Assembly: GCA_002104945.1 (NCBI GenBank)
Contig: MCFH01000018.1
Span: 1 to 64,000, forward strand
DNA: 64,000 nucleotides
Direction: 5' to 3'
Source: Piromyces finnis finn
Lineage: Eukaryota > Fungi > Neocallimastigomycota
A model generated the notes under the pieces. The model saw only the letters and a list, made by a program, of their open reading frames with translations, was not told where the DNA came from and made no database searches. Numbering within the stretch: the stretch's first letter is position 1; every line of letters begins with the position of its first letter. This document shows, piece by piece, positions 1 through 12,897 of the stretch. The translations under genes and the position numbers were made by a program.

Positions 1-783
1 ATTAAAGATGATAATAAGAATAATAGATATAAATATTAAATTTTTATCTTGGGAAAAAATAGCAGCGCTTTCATCATTACCATTAGTGTTAGCCATTGTA
101 CTGTTATTTGGATTGGGGTTATTAACATCAGTAATATTAACTGTAGTATTGTTTTGATTCACTTTTGAACAAACCTCAGAATCAAGATAAGTTTTAAGGG
201 AATCAACATCAATTTGTTTATATGTAATATCAATCCATTCTGATGGAATTTGTTCTTCATTCTTTTTATTATTATTTTGATTTTCAACATAAGATTTGGT
301 GTATGGTAAAAGTTCAATCATATTATGAAGTTGTCTTTTACAGTTGGCTGAAGAACAACTTTTGTTAACAATATCAGTATTAATTTTGACATCATTTCTT
401 TTTTGAATAAATTCTGTTAAAGGACAAAGATTTCCATTTTCATCTTTAGAACAACCAGCTATGTAAACGTATCTAATTTGTTTAATTAAACTATCAATAG
501 AATCATCATCCTGACCATCACAATCAGTAGTAGTATTATAAACATCATTTAAAAATTCTTTACAGTTATCTGTTTCAAATTTACTACATGCAGATGTGAA
601 ATCAAGACTTGTAGTATCATTTAGATTGTACAGACAAGAGCCATATTTTTTAATAGCAAGCATACAACTAATACTTTCAGTATTAATATTTATATTTTTA
701 GTTGGGGTATATGAATTTATAGGATTCTCAGCACAAGAGATTCCAATAATAAGTGATAGTAAAGTTAAAGTAATACTTTTCAT
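1..783 (-). CDS. Secreted Cys-rich, probably GPI-anchored protein (intronless, 3' end runs off the window start)
   Basis: Manual translation of the minus strand gives an open frame from ATG at 783 to base 1 (261 codons): signal peptide MKSITLTLLSLIIGISCAE, 10 Cys in the mature part including a CSKDENGNLCP motif, an N/T-rich linker, then ...DESAA followed by hydrophobic LIFISIILIIIF. Absent from the ORF track, probably because its stop lies outside the window. Confidence 0.85.
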   Translation of the reverse strand, partial: MKSITLTLLSLIIGISCAENPINSYTPTKNININTESISCMLAIKKYGSCLYNLNDTTSLDFTSACSKFETDNCKEFLNDVYNTTTDCDGQDDDSIDSLIKQIRYVYIAGCSKDENGNLCPLTEFIQKRNDVKINTDIVNKSCSSANCKRQLHNMIELLPYTKSYVENQNNNKKNEEQIPSEWIDITYKQIDVDSLKTYLDSEVCSKVNQNNTTVNITDVNNPNPNNSTMANTNGNDESAAIFSQDKNLIFISIILIIIFN

Positions 784-2516
784 TTTATATATAAAAGTTC
801 TCTTCTTTTGTTGTTTTACGGAATACTTTTATATTTATACTATTTATACTAATGTATTTTTTACCTTTTTTTTTTATTTTTTATATTTCAAATTATTTTT
901 TAATTTAAAATTTTAATTTAATTTAGTAGTAAATTGATGAAGTTTAACCCAATAAAATTTTTTAAAATTTATTTATAAAATATAAAAAATCCTTATATAA
1001 ATACAATTTAGTTATTTATTATTTTATAATAAAAAGGATAAAACAACAGACTAGTATAGTTTTTTTTTTTTTTTTTTTTTTTTTCTAATAATTATGATTC
1101 TAATCAATAATCAATAACAACAATGAAGGATAACAAACACACCAACCTAATTCTGATAGAATAGAGAATAATTAATATATTATTTATTTTATTACGAATA
1201 GTTCATGTTTGCGCAATAAAATATAAAATATATATAAGAAAATCTTTCTTTCTATTACAATTTCATTATTTATTATTATAGTTTATATTAAAACATATTA
1301 AAGGTAATTATATAGATTTATGATATATAAATAACACAAATTACATATAATTATGTAAATCATTAACTTATTATATACCCGATCACATGATAAATGTCAA
1401 GACTTTTATTTTATTAAATCTCATATACTATAAATATAATTATGTAGAGCATTAATTTATTATAGTATCACATGATCACGTAATAAAAAATTATTATGTG
1501 GATATAATCTTTTTAAATTTAGTAAATTCTATTTCATAATCTAATACTAACATCATGTATATTTATATGAGTGAATGATGAAATAATAAAAACTTTATAT
1601 AGATACTGATTGATACCAATATGTTTATTCCCATTTAATATGTAAAGGTACCATCTAAAATGCTTTAAAATGAAGAGCGCACTTTAATGTAAAAAAATTT
1701 TAATTAATTTTTAAAAATGATTAAATTAAAAATAAAATTTTTTTTTTATTATTAGTTCTTATATTATTATTTCAATATTTAGTTTTTATAGATTTCAATA
1801 TTTGCCCATGCAATAACCATGAAAATTTCAAATTTTGAACTATTACAAAATAGTGGTTTGCTTTGACAAGAAATACTCTTTAATAAATTTTTTATAATAA
1901 GAAATCCTTTTTTTTTTTATAATAAAAGTTTATATCTTTTTTTAAACCGTAATTTTCAAATAATTGCAAGCGGTAATTTTCAATTTTTAACCGCTGTTTT
2001 ATTTTTATTAACCGTTTTTTTTCATTAACATATATAACTATAAAAAGAAAAATGTCTCTTTTTTTTTTAAAACTATTCTTTCTGTTTTGTGGTTTTGAAC
2101 CTTATTAAGTTAAAATGAAAATTTTATTAGTTAAATATTGAATTTAATTTTAATATATGATCAATATATTACATTGAATTATTTCTATTCATATATAATT
2201 AATTCTTTTATATTTTAATAAATTTATAATAAATTTAATGTAAAAATTTCAATATTTATATAATTTACTGATACATTATTGGTTAATGTTATGATATCAT
2301 AAATTATGATAACCTTAAATGGAAAAGGTAAAAATGGTGGTGAAAATAGAAAAGGTTCATCTAGGCATAAGGCATAGATATACTATTGTAGTATTTGCCA
2401 TTTGAAAAGAAGTGACAACAGTAGCGAATATTAACACATGTTTTGCTTAAATAAATTGCTTCATGTATCAAATAATAATTATACTACTACTACCACTACC
2501 ACTATTAATAATAAAC

Positions 2517-2890
<374 letters not shown>

Positions 2891-4969
2891 AAAATAACAA
2901 CAAAATATAAATAGTAATTATCATCTCCATCATGGATCATGATCATTATACATTATAATATACACAAATTTTATATTTGTAGTATAATCATGTAAAACCA
3001 ACTTCATAAATACAAATATAAAGTAAATGAAAATTTTTAAGACAACTATAATCTTCATTATTCAGTTTTATTTAAAGCTAAAACCATTAATAACCATTTT
3101 ATAAATGCTAGTATTTATTAATTTAATAATAAAGAATTTTTATTTTTTTTATATTTCCTAATAAAAAAATATGACAAAAAATTATTTTTAAAAACAGATA
3201 GTTGAAGATAAAAAAAAAAGTTTTTTTTTTTTTTTTTTACCTCGCGTTTTTAATTATTTTTAAATTTGTGTTTTTTTTTTCTCAATATTAGACTAAAAAT
3301 CTTATTTAATATAAAATAAATTAATCCTTCTTTAGTTAAATTCCTGTACAACAAATTTTATTTCAAGTTTAAAATTAAATATTTTTTTTTTTAACATGGA
3401 ACATAACACAAATAAACCAACTTCATTTTCTTATCTTCCATTGAAGAAACACTTTACAACATAATATTATAAAATTATGAAATTTACTATAATTAATATT
3501 TTTAGTTTTCAAGGGATTTATCATGCTAAATTAATAATATAATTTTCAAATATGAATAAATTAATAAACCTTTAGGATGTTAGCTACTATTCCCTAATGT
3601 CATTAATCATCAAGTTTTCTATTTAATATAAATAATATTATACAATAATATATATTATACAAATTTTATTTATTATGATTATTTTGTCTTATATTAAATG
3701 GATAATAATAATAAATCTATATTTTTATTGAATACCTAACATTCTTTTTCTATATTAATATATTGGAAATATAAGCAATATAATATATTCTATTATTTTA
3801 TTATATTATAAACTAAGATATTATTGTGTATGACAAAATTTAATTTTGATATTTATTGTTAAGAATATTAAAAATAAATTACAATAATATAAATATTTTA
3901 TTTTTAATAAAGTATATTAATATTTATATTATTATAAATAAATTATATAAATATTCAATATATTCAAAGTAAAATATTTATAATATATTATATATTTAAT
4001 TAATCTATAAGCTTACTTAAATGTAGTACAGAATGCCATGAATAATACAAATATCCAATGTTACACATATAGTCAATATATAATAATATATTATACTATG
4101 TATATTATATATGCCTTTTTGAATCATAATTAAATTTAATATATATATTAATTCAATATTTTTCTTTACTAAATTAAAAGGCCTAACAAAAAATATAAAA
4201 AATGGAAAAAATATATATATTAAATTATATAAGTTTATTATAAAATAATAAAAACAATATAACAAAATAAATTATAAATATATATTATATTGTAATATAA
4301 TATATATCTTTTTATTTTTTTATTATAATAATAAATTTTAATTAATATTAAATATTAAAATACATATTAATTATTTTTATTTTAAATAAACTGGAAGAAT
4401 CTATTTTTTTTTTCTTCTTAATTTTAGTCTGTTAATATATATAAGATTTAGAAATTTAGTTTTTTGATAGTTTTACCTTTTTTTTTATTTTTCTTTAAAA
4501 TATAAATGATTAATTATTAAAATTAATAAAGTAAAGTAATCAATAAATTTTAATAATTAATTTTAAAATAAAAAAAAAGGAAAGCAAAAAACATAAGAAA
4601 AGAAGAAAAAAAATGTACTAAAATAATAAAAATAGAAATATTTAAAAAAAATTAACGTTAATTTAAGAACAAATAAAATCTAAAGATAAAAATTGAAAAA
4701 TCAATTTTTTAGCAAACCAAAGGAAAAATCTAATAAAATTTTATATCTGAATAATAATACCAAAATATACAATAAAGAAATATCTTAATAATTAGATATA
4801 TTTAAAGTAAATATATTTCTAATATATTCACAAATGAAAATCTATATATAAAACAATATAAATTTATTTTAATGACTCGTATTAACTTTTATATTTAATT
4901 ATGTTTTATAAAGCAAAATTATTAAATTAGAAAAAAATTAAATTGTAATATAGTTATTTAAAAATAAAA

Positions 4970-7071
4970 ATGTGTGACCAATTTCAACTTCAAAGAAATG
5001 TACCAGCAGAAATTAGTAGATGTCCTTCATGCTATAATTGTAAAAGAGATACAACAGTAGGAAGTTTTCCTGTCCAAATTATTGGAAAGAAAGAAAATTA
5101 TATTGATACATATTGTAGTGAGTATTTAATTTTAGACTTATATAATACCAGAAATGAAGATAAAAATAAATAAATTGAAGAAACAATTTATTTATAATAA
5201 TTTTTTTTTCAATATTTTTCAAAATATTAGTTATTAGAGATCCTCAATGTGATATGTATTGGGTAGATGGTCAGGGTGTGTCAAGAAATCAAAACGGTGC
5301 TGATGGAAATAATCCAAATTCAGTATATGTTACCTCAAAACCTAAACAAGAACAAATTACTACTCCACAAACTCAAGCAAAACCTCAAGCAAAACCTCAA
5401 GCAGGAACATCTACAAATAATAATACAAATAATAATATTCATACTAATACTAATACTAATACTAATACTAATACTAATACTAATACTAATACTAATACTA
5501 ATACTAATGTTAATAATATAAATACAAACAATACTGTTCAAAAGACTAATAATAAAGGTACATCCACTACTAATACAATTAATAAAGGAGTGACTAATAC
5601 CAATAATAATGTTAATAATAATATTAAAAATAATGTTACTAATAATGTTAATAAAGGTGTTAGTAACGCTCCTACTATTAGTACTACTGGAATAAAAAAT
5701 AATAGTGATACTAATTTAAATTCAAATATAACAGGTAATACCACAACTGGTAATGGTGCCGCTAGTGTTGCTAATCCAAATACTGTTGTAAATTCCGGTG
5801 AAACCATTCAAGCTAATGATGCTATGGATAGTACCGGTGTGAATAACTATGTTACACAAACAGATGAAAATGGAAATGGTATTAATTATGTTAATAATAC
5901 TGAATTACCAACAAACGATAATATTGATAATAACACTGGAAAGTTACCTGGTACTAATAGTAATAGTAATAGTGTTAGTCCATTACTTATTGGGGGCTTA
6001 TCTGCATTTTCAATATTGCTTATTGTCATAGGATTTTTATATATTAGAAAGAGAAAACGTGATGAAGTAGATGTTGATTTAGCTTATAGTAATTCCATAT
6101 TCTTTGCTACACCAATTGTCCAAGCAAATAGCACAAGCACTAAAGCAAAAAGTATACATAGTATTCATAGTACTCATAGTACTCATAGTAATAGTTCCGT
6201 TACTAATTTAAATACTAGTTTCCATAATGTTAATCCAATTGCTATATCATCTGCTAATGATGGTGATTTTGATATTTTAATTCAACCAACTAAAGCTGTT
6301 ACTGAAAGTCATCCTTCAGTCAATACTCAAAGAAATGTAGGTCCAATAAATGCTTATGCTGAAAGTAGTATTTATAAATCTGAAGAAGTAAGCGATCCTA
6401 ATGTTAGCAATAGTTTATTGAGTAATAGTCATTCTGTTAATGTAAGTGCTTCAGAAAACTTTGTTTCAGGAAATTATAATAGTAAGAATGCCATTTCTAC
6501 CTCTAATATTATTGTGCCAACTACAATTGCAAGTGATAGTATTATCTCACCAATGATGACATCCGATAATTATAATTATTCAAACAGTATACCTATAACT
6601 CAACAAAATATTATAGTTCAAAATGTCAGTATGTCCTATGATATAAATGATGTTAATGAACCATCTATTTCATTCATTAATAGTTCTAATGGCATTTCAT
6701 TTTCCAATGGTAATGAAGAATCTTGTATTCTTTCCCCAATTATGGATAAATCTATGGATAAATCTACATCCCATATATTTACATCAGATATGATCAATGA
6801 AAATTCAATATCTGATATTAAACAAACACAAAAATATAATACTTCTCAAGTAAAAAAGACTCTTTCTATGGTTATTAGTGAATATAAGGAAGATACCCTT
6901 TATGCTGCAAAATTTAATTATGAACCATCTATGGAAGATGAAATGAAAATTCGTATTAATGATCGTGTATTAGTTAAAGAAATATTTAATGATGGTTGGG
7001 CTTATGGTGAAAATAAAACTTCCGAATCATTTGGTATCTTCCCAATTAATCGTTTAGATTCTTCTAGTTAG
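4970..7071 (+). CDS. Single-pass membrane protein: Cys-rich N-terminus, Asn/Thr-rich stalk, TM helix, C-terminal SH3 domain
   Basis: Exon 4970-5117 joins exon 5231-7071 across a GTGAGT...TAG intron (5118-5230) in frame (YC-IIRDPQCDMYW). TM LLIGGLSAFSILLIVIGFLYI is followed by RKRKR. SH3: YAAKFNYEPSMEDEM...NDGWAYG...GIFPINRL. An extra upstream exon cannot be excluded. Confidence 0.85.
5443..5508 (+). repeat. (ACTAAT)n coding tandem repeat encoding (Thr-Asn)n
   Basis: About 11 hexamer units visible in the stalk-coding region. Confidence 0.9.
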
Positions 7072-8784
7072 ATAAGCCTATTTTATTTTTAGATTTTGGT
7101 AATTCGATATATAGTTAAAATAAGTAAATGATGGAGAGATAAAAAGATATTTTTCCTGTTCACTTTTTTTTTTTTTTTTAACTATAATATTTACCATAAA
7201 AATATAAACTATTATTAAAAATCAAATTCATTGAATATTTAAATAATTAAAAAAAAATATTAAAATTGTTATATTCACTGAATTTATTTTTAAAAATTTC
7301 TATAGAAATTTTTGTTTAAATGAAAATCAATAATGAAGTTTTAAGAAATATATATTATTTTAATTATAAAACTAAGAAATATTATATTAATATTTTTTTA
7401 TATATATAAAATACTATTATTTATCATAATTGTAATAAATAAAAGTAGTTTCTATAAAGATATTAATATTTTTTTTATAGTAATAAATAAAAAAAAGAAA
7501 ATACAATAATGCAAAATTTTGGTATATTTTATTTAAACAATTATATTATTAATTCTATTCATCATAAATATTAAAAAAAAAAAAAACATGTAATTAAATA
7601 AAAAGCGATATAAATTATTATTAATAAATCATAAATCAAAAATATTTTTAAAGAAGATATATATATATTTTCATCAAAGAAACAGTATGATCTAATATTT
7701 ATCCTAGATTTTTGAAGGATTTATTTAGAAATTTTTGGAAATAATATTATTAATGAAAATAGTGATGATGATATAATGTATTTGAATAATTAATAATTTA
7801 GTTAATAATAATGTCTAGTGTAACTAAAAAAAAAAAAACATTTAGGATAAGTTTTAAATATAACAATTCAAAGGAATGGAAAGAACTTTATAATTGTCAA
7901 ATAAATCAGGCACTTAAAAGGATCACTATAGTCACTACGGAACTTCTAATCATTATAATGTTTTATGATATTGTACATTAATGCTCTAAAGTTTTAAACC
8001 AACAATTAATGCTTTGTCACTCTATACAAATATTAAATATAGAATGATTTTATTAATACCGTTTTTACTATAGTTTTTTTTTTTTTAATATTTATTAATC
8101 AAGAAATGTTTACAATGAGTATCCAAATTCAAATTCATCAATAAAGATGTAACCAATAGTAATTTTATAATTGTTAGAGGATAAAATTTTATTTTATATT
8201 CAAAATCTTCTATGAAGTCAACTATTATTATTGTAGTAAAAAAGTGGCCTTCATACATTAATTATTCACATTTATTTGTGTTTAATTAGATTTTTATTTC
8301 TATACCATTAAAAATTTCAAATTTTAAAGAAAATAAGTTGAAAGAAAAAATTCAAATAAATTGGTTGGAATAAAAATACTTTAAAAGTAATACTATTAAA
8401 ATAATATTTATTAGTTATACCATATTATTTTTATATTATTAATTTTAAAAAATCTTGTTATTATTTATTAACTGACTTGAATACATCATATCCTTTTTTA
8501 TTTTTATATTTGTTAATTAATAAAATACTTTTGTTAACATTTGACGTCATTTTACAAAAGACTTTATTAATATCTTAAAGTTATTGAACATTTCAAACGA
8601 TTTATACCAAAAGTCATTTTAAATAATTCTAGGTATTAGATATAAGATAATATATCAAATCTAATATTGTAATATAACTATGATTATGGTAATATTTTTT
8701 TTTTTTTTTTTCCTTTTTTTTTTTTTATAAAAATATAAAAAAAAAACCCTTTATATTAATATTATATTTTCTTATAAAAAACCA

Positions 8785-8821
<37 letters not shown>

Positions 8822-9454
8822 AGGTAATATTTGAAAAATTTATTATTTGAAATTAAAATTAAAATTTTCATTTTATTATTTTTAATATTAAACATATATA
8901 TTATTTTTGTAGGATACATTTCAGATTAAGAAATCCAAAAATTAAAATTCAATCTTTAATTTAAAAAATAAGAATACTAATATCTAAGGAAAAATTAGAA
9001 TATATATATATATACTTGTATATATCCACTGTCAAATAAATTTATAAAATACATATCGAATTTTGATGAAATTCACAAAATAATAATTTTTAAAGTTTTA
9101 AATCAAAATCTATTACATATTATTTTTAATCTTATTTGGAAGAAATAACAATAATTATAATAACAATATAAAAAGGATTAGTAATTATAAATCCAATTAC
9201 AAAAATCAATATATTTTATTTGTTATCTTTTTTTGGTTTAAAAAAAAATAAATATAATTTAATATCTCATATACCAATTTACAAATTTGAAATCAAAAAT
9301 TATTTGAAAAAAAAAAGATTATTATAATTTATTATAGTCAAACAATTATATATTTTTTTTCTTTCTTTCTTTCTTTTTTTTTTTTTCATTTAAAAAGACA
9401 TTTATTTTTCATTTATACATAATTTTTATTTTATTCAATTAAAATTAATAAATC

Positions 9455-12199
9455 ATGTGGCAATTTCAATCAAGTGTTGTAAAAGATTTTATGCAAAGAC
9501 AACCTCCACCAAACTATGTTGCTGGTTTAGGTAGAGGGGCTACTGGTTTTACTACTCGTTCTGATATTGGTCCAGCTCGTGAAATGTCAGAAATTACACC
9601 AGCTCAAGCAGAAAAATTTAAAGATGAACAAGAAGAGGAAAATGAAAATCAAGATTTAGATAATGAAACTGGTTTATTTGCTTCAGCTCCATATGAAGCT
9701 GATGATGAGGAAGCAGATCAGATTTATGGTGAAATTGATAAAAAAATGGATGAGCGTAGAAAAAAGAGACGTGAGGAAAGAGAACGCCAAGAATTATTAA
9801 AATTCCGTGCAGAAAGACCAAAAATCCAACAACAATTTGCAGATCTTAAACGTGGTCTCTCTGTTATTACTGATGATGAATGGAATAATATCCCAGAAGT
9901 AGGGGATTTAGTTAGAAAGAAAAGTAGAAAGAATACCCAAAATAATATGAGAGAAAGATATACTCCCGTTCCTGATTCTGTATTAAGAAATGCATCTCAA
10001 AATACAGAATATGCATCAGAATTAGATTCACGACAACAACTTTATGGTGGTTTAACTACTCCTGCTGATTCTACTACCGATTTTGAACAATTTGGTAGAG
10101 CTCGTGATAAGGTTTTAGGTATAAAGTTAGATCAAATTTCTGACTCTGTTACCGGTCAAACCACTATTGATCCAAAAGGTTATCTTACTGATTTAAATAG
10201 TGTTGTTGTTAAGAGTGATGCCGAAATTAGTGATATGAAGAAGGCTCGTATGCTTTTAAAATCTGTCATTACTACAAATCCAAAGAATGCTCCTGGTTGG
10301 ATTGCTGCTGCTCGTTTAGAAGAATTTGCTGGTAAAATTGTTGCTGCTAGAGATATCATTTCTAGAGGTTGTGAAGAATGTCCAAAGAGTGAAGATGTTT
10401 GGTTAGAAGCTGCTCGTCTTAATAATGTTGATAACGCAAAAATTATTTTAGCTAATGCTGTTAAGCATATTCCCCAATCTGTTCGTTTATGGTTAAGAGC
10501 TATGTCATTAGAAACAGATGTTAGAAATAAGAAGAGAGTTATTCGTCGTTCCTTGGAGTTCATTCCAAATTCTGTAAAGCTTTGGAAGACTGCTATTTCT
10601 ATGGAAGAAGATCCAAATGATGCAAAAATCTTACTTTCACGTGCTGTTGAATGTGTACCTCTTTCTGTAGAATTATGGTTAGCCTTTGCACGTTTAGAAA
10701 AGGATTACACAAATGCAAAGGCTATTTTAAATAAAGCCGGTCGTCTTCTCCCAACCAGTTATGAACTTTACATTGCAGCTGCTATTTTAGAAGAAGAACA
10801 AAATAATGAAGAAAGATTAGATAGAATTGTGAAAAATTCATTTAAGAAATTTTCTATTAATAGTAATATTATGGACCGTGAACAATGGCTTAAGGAAGCA
10901 GAAAAATGTGAACAAGAAGAACATGTTTCCACTTGTCAAGCAATTATTAGAAATACTATTGGTTTAGGTATTGAAGACGAAGATAAAAAGGCAACTTGGA
11001 TGGAAGATGCTGAAAGTTGTATTGCTCATGGTACCTATGAAACTGCTCGTGCTATCTATGCCTATGCCCTTAAAGAATTTCCACAAAAGAAATCTATTTG
11101 GCGTAGGGCTGCCTTCTTGGAAAAAGCACATGGTACTCGTGAACAATTGGAAGAATTATTACAACGTGCTGTTAAACATTGTCCACAAGCTGAAGTTCTT
11201 TGGCTTATGGCTGCTAAAGAAAAATGGTTAGCTAATGATATTGATGGTGCTAGAGGTATTTTGGAAGAAGCTTTCCGTGCTAATCCAAATTCAGAACAAA
11301 TTTGGTTGGCTGCCATTAAATTGGAAAGTGAAAATGGTGAGCATTCTCGTGCTAGAATTCTTTTGGAAAATGCCAGAGAATCTGCTTCTACTGAAAGAGT
11401 TTGGATGAAATCTGTTGTATTAGAAAGACAATTAAAGAATTATGATGCCGCATTAGAATTATTGAAACAAGCTGTAGTAAAATATCCAAAATTCGATAAG
11501 CTTTGGATGATATATGGTCAAGTATATCAAGATGATTTAAAGGATATTTCCGAAGCAAGACAAGCATATAGCAAGGGTTTAAAAAATTGTCCAAAATCTA
11601 TTACTCTTTGGTTACTTGCTTCTCGTTTAGAAGAACAAGCTGGTCTTTTGATTAAGTCTAGAGCAACCTTAGAAAAAGGTCGTCTTTTGAATCCAAAAGT
11701 ACCAGAACTTTGGTGTGAAGCTGTTCGTGTTGAAAATCGTAATGGTAATACTAGTATGGCTAAGGCTTTAATTTCTAAAGCTCTTCAAGAATGTCCATCT
11801 TCTGGTTTATTATGGAGTGAAGCTATTTTAATGGAACCAAGACCACAACGTAAATCTCGTTCAACAGATGCTCTCAAGAAAACTGATAATAATCCACAAG
11901 TTATTGTTACTGTAGCACGTCTTTTCTGGGCTGAAAGAAAAGTTGACAAAGCTCGTAACTGGTTCAATCGTGCTGTAAAGACAGATGCTGATATTGGTGA
12001 TCATTGGGCATGGTATTTGAAATTTGAAATGCAACATGGTGATTCTCCAAAACAATTAGATATTATTAAACGTTGTGTAGAAGCAGAACCTCATCATGGT
12101 GAATTATGGTGTAAAGTTTCAAAAGATATGGCAAATATTGGTAAATCGACCGAACAAATTTTATTAGAAGTAACCAAAGATATATCTAATACTTTATAA
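9455..12199 (+). CDS. PRP6: Pre-mRNA splicing factor Prp6 (U4/U6.U5 tri-snRNP, HAT/TPR repeats), intronless
   Basis: Signature N-terminus PPPNYVAGLGRGATGFTTRSDIGPAR; KKARMLLKSVITTNPKNAPGWIAAARLEE; HAT repeats; C-terminal CVEAEPHHGELW. Confidence 0.97.
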   Translation: MWQFQSSVVKDFMQRQPPPNYVAGLGRGATGFTTRSDIGPAREMSEITPAQAEKFKDEQEEENENQDLDNETGLFASAPYEADDEEADQIYGEIDKKMDERRKKRREERERQELLKFRAERPKIQQQFADLKRGLSVITDDEWNNIPEVGDLVRKKSRKNTQNNMRERYTPVPDSVLRNASQNTEYASELDSRQQLYGGLTTPADSTTDFEQFGRARDKVLGIKLDQISDSVTGQTTIDPKGYLTDLNSVVVKSDAEISDMKKARMLLKSVITTNPKNAPGWIAAARLEEFAGKIVAARDIISRGCEECPKSEDVWLEAARLNNVDNAKIILANAVKHIPQSVRLWLRAMSLETDVRNKKRVIRRSLEFIPNSVKLWKTAISMEEDPNDAKILLSRAVECVPLSVELWLAFARLEKDYTNAKAILNKAGRLLPTSYELYIAAAILEEEQNNEERLDRIVKNSFKKFSINSNIMDREQWLKEAEKCEQEEHVSTCQAIIRNTIGLGIEDEDKKATWMEDAESCIAHGTYETARAIYAYALKEFPQKKSIWRRAAFLEKAHGTREQLEELLQRAVKHCPQAEVLWLMAAKEKWLANDIDGARGILEEAFRANPNSEQIWLAAIKLESENGEHSRARILLENARESASTERVWMKSVVLERQLKNYDAALELLKQAVVKYPKFDKLWMIYGQVYQDDLKDISEARQAYSKGLKNCPKSITLWLLASRLEEQAGLLIKSRATLEKGRLLNPKVPELWCEAVRVENRNGNTSMAKALISKALQECPSSGLLWSEAILMEPRPQRKSRSTDALKKTDNNPQVIVTVARLFWAERKVDKARNWFNRAVKTDADIGDHWAWYLKFEMQHGDSPKQLDIIKRCVEAEPHHGELWCKVSKDMANIGKSTEQILLEVTKDISNTL

Positions 12200-12819
12200 G
12201 TAAACTCATAATTATTTTCACATATTATTAATCAGTTATCATTTTATCATTATCTCTTTAATAATGAAATAGAAATTTTCAATTATTATTATTTTTTTTT
12301 TTTTAAATTTTTTAATTCCAAATATCTTTAACAAAATAATTTAATACCTTTTTTTTTTAATAATTTTATCTTTATTAAAACAACTGTATAATTTAAAATA
12401 AATATTTAATAATAAAATAATAAAATAAAAAATTTATAATTTTATTCATTTATTTATTCTTTCCCTTTTATTTAAGAATAAGTAAAAATAATAAAATAAA
12501 CACAATACATACATACATACATATATATATATTATAGATGAGATGAAGACTATGTATCAATAGAATAGATTAATTCTTTTTTTTTTTTTTTTTTTTTATT
12601 ATTTATTTTATTTTATTTTTTTTTTTTTATTTTTTTAAATAGTTTAGTTTATTATATCTAATTATTATTATTTTTTATTATTTTCTATTGTAATTTTATT
12701 TTATTAAAAAAAAAAATATTAATATGAGAATGCTTTTTTTTTTTTTTTTTTTTCTACTTCTTTATTGACCTTTCTTTTATTCATATTATTAATAAATAAA
12801 TAAATAAATATATATAAAT

Positions 12820-12857
<38 letters not shown>

Positions 12858-12897
12858 TTGTTTTTAGTCATTTCCATATTTAAATGTTGATTAGTAT

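Noticed and set aside
596-916. Plus-strand 106-aa ORF
   Set aside because: It is antisense to the real minus-strand gene (783-1) and runs into AT-rich UTR.
2306-2377. Short ORF MITLNGKGKNGGENRKGSSRHKA
   Set aside because: Only 23 codons, with no homology or splice support that I can see.
3396-3620. Short exon-like fragments (MEHNTNKPTSFSYLPLKKHFTT*)
   Set aside because: I found no consistent spliced frame and no recognisable motif.
4017-4265. Ile/Tyr/Phe-rich short ORFs here and at 14196, 16212, 21287, 31611 and 58418
   Set aside because: Their composition is what chance ORFs in very AT-rich DNA produce.
9618-12055. Antisense and alternate-frame ORFs within PRP6
   Set aside because: They are shadows of a codon-biased gene; the same applies to those inside CFAP46, CEP104 and the MAPKKK.
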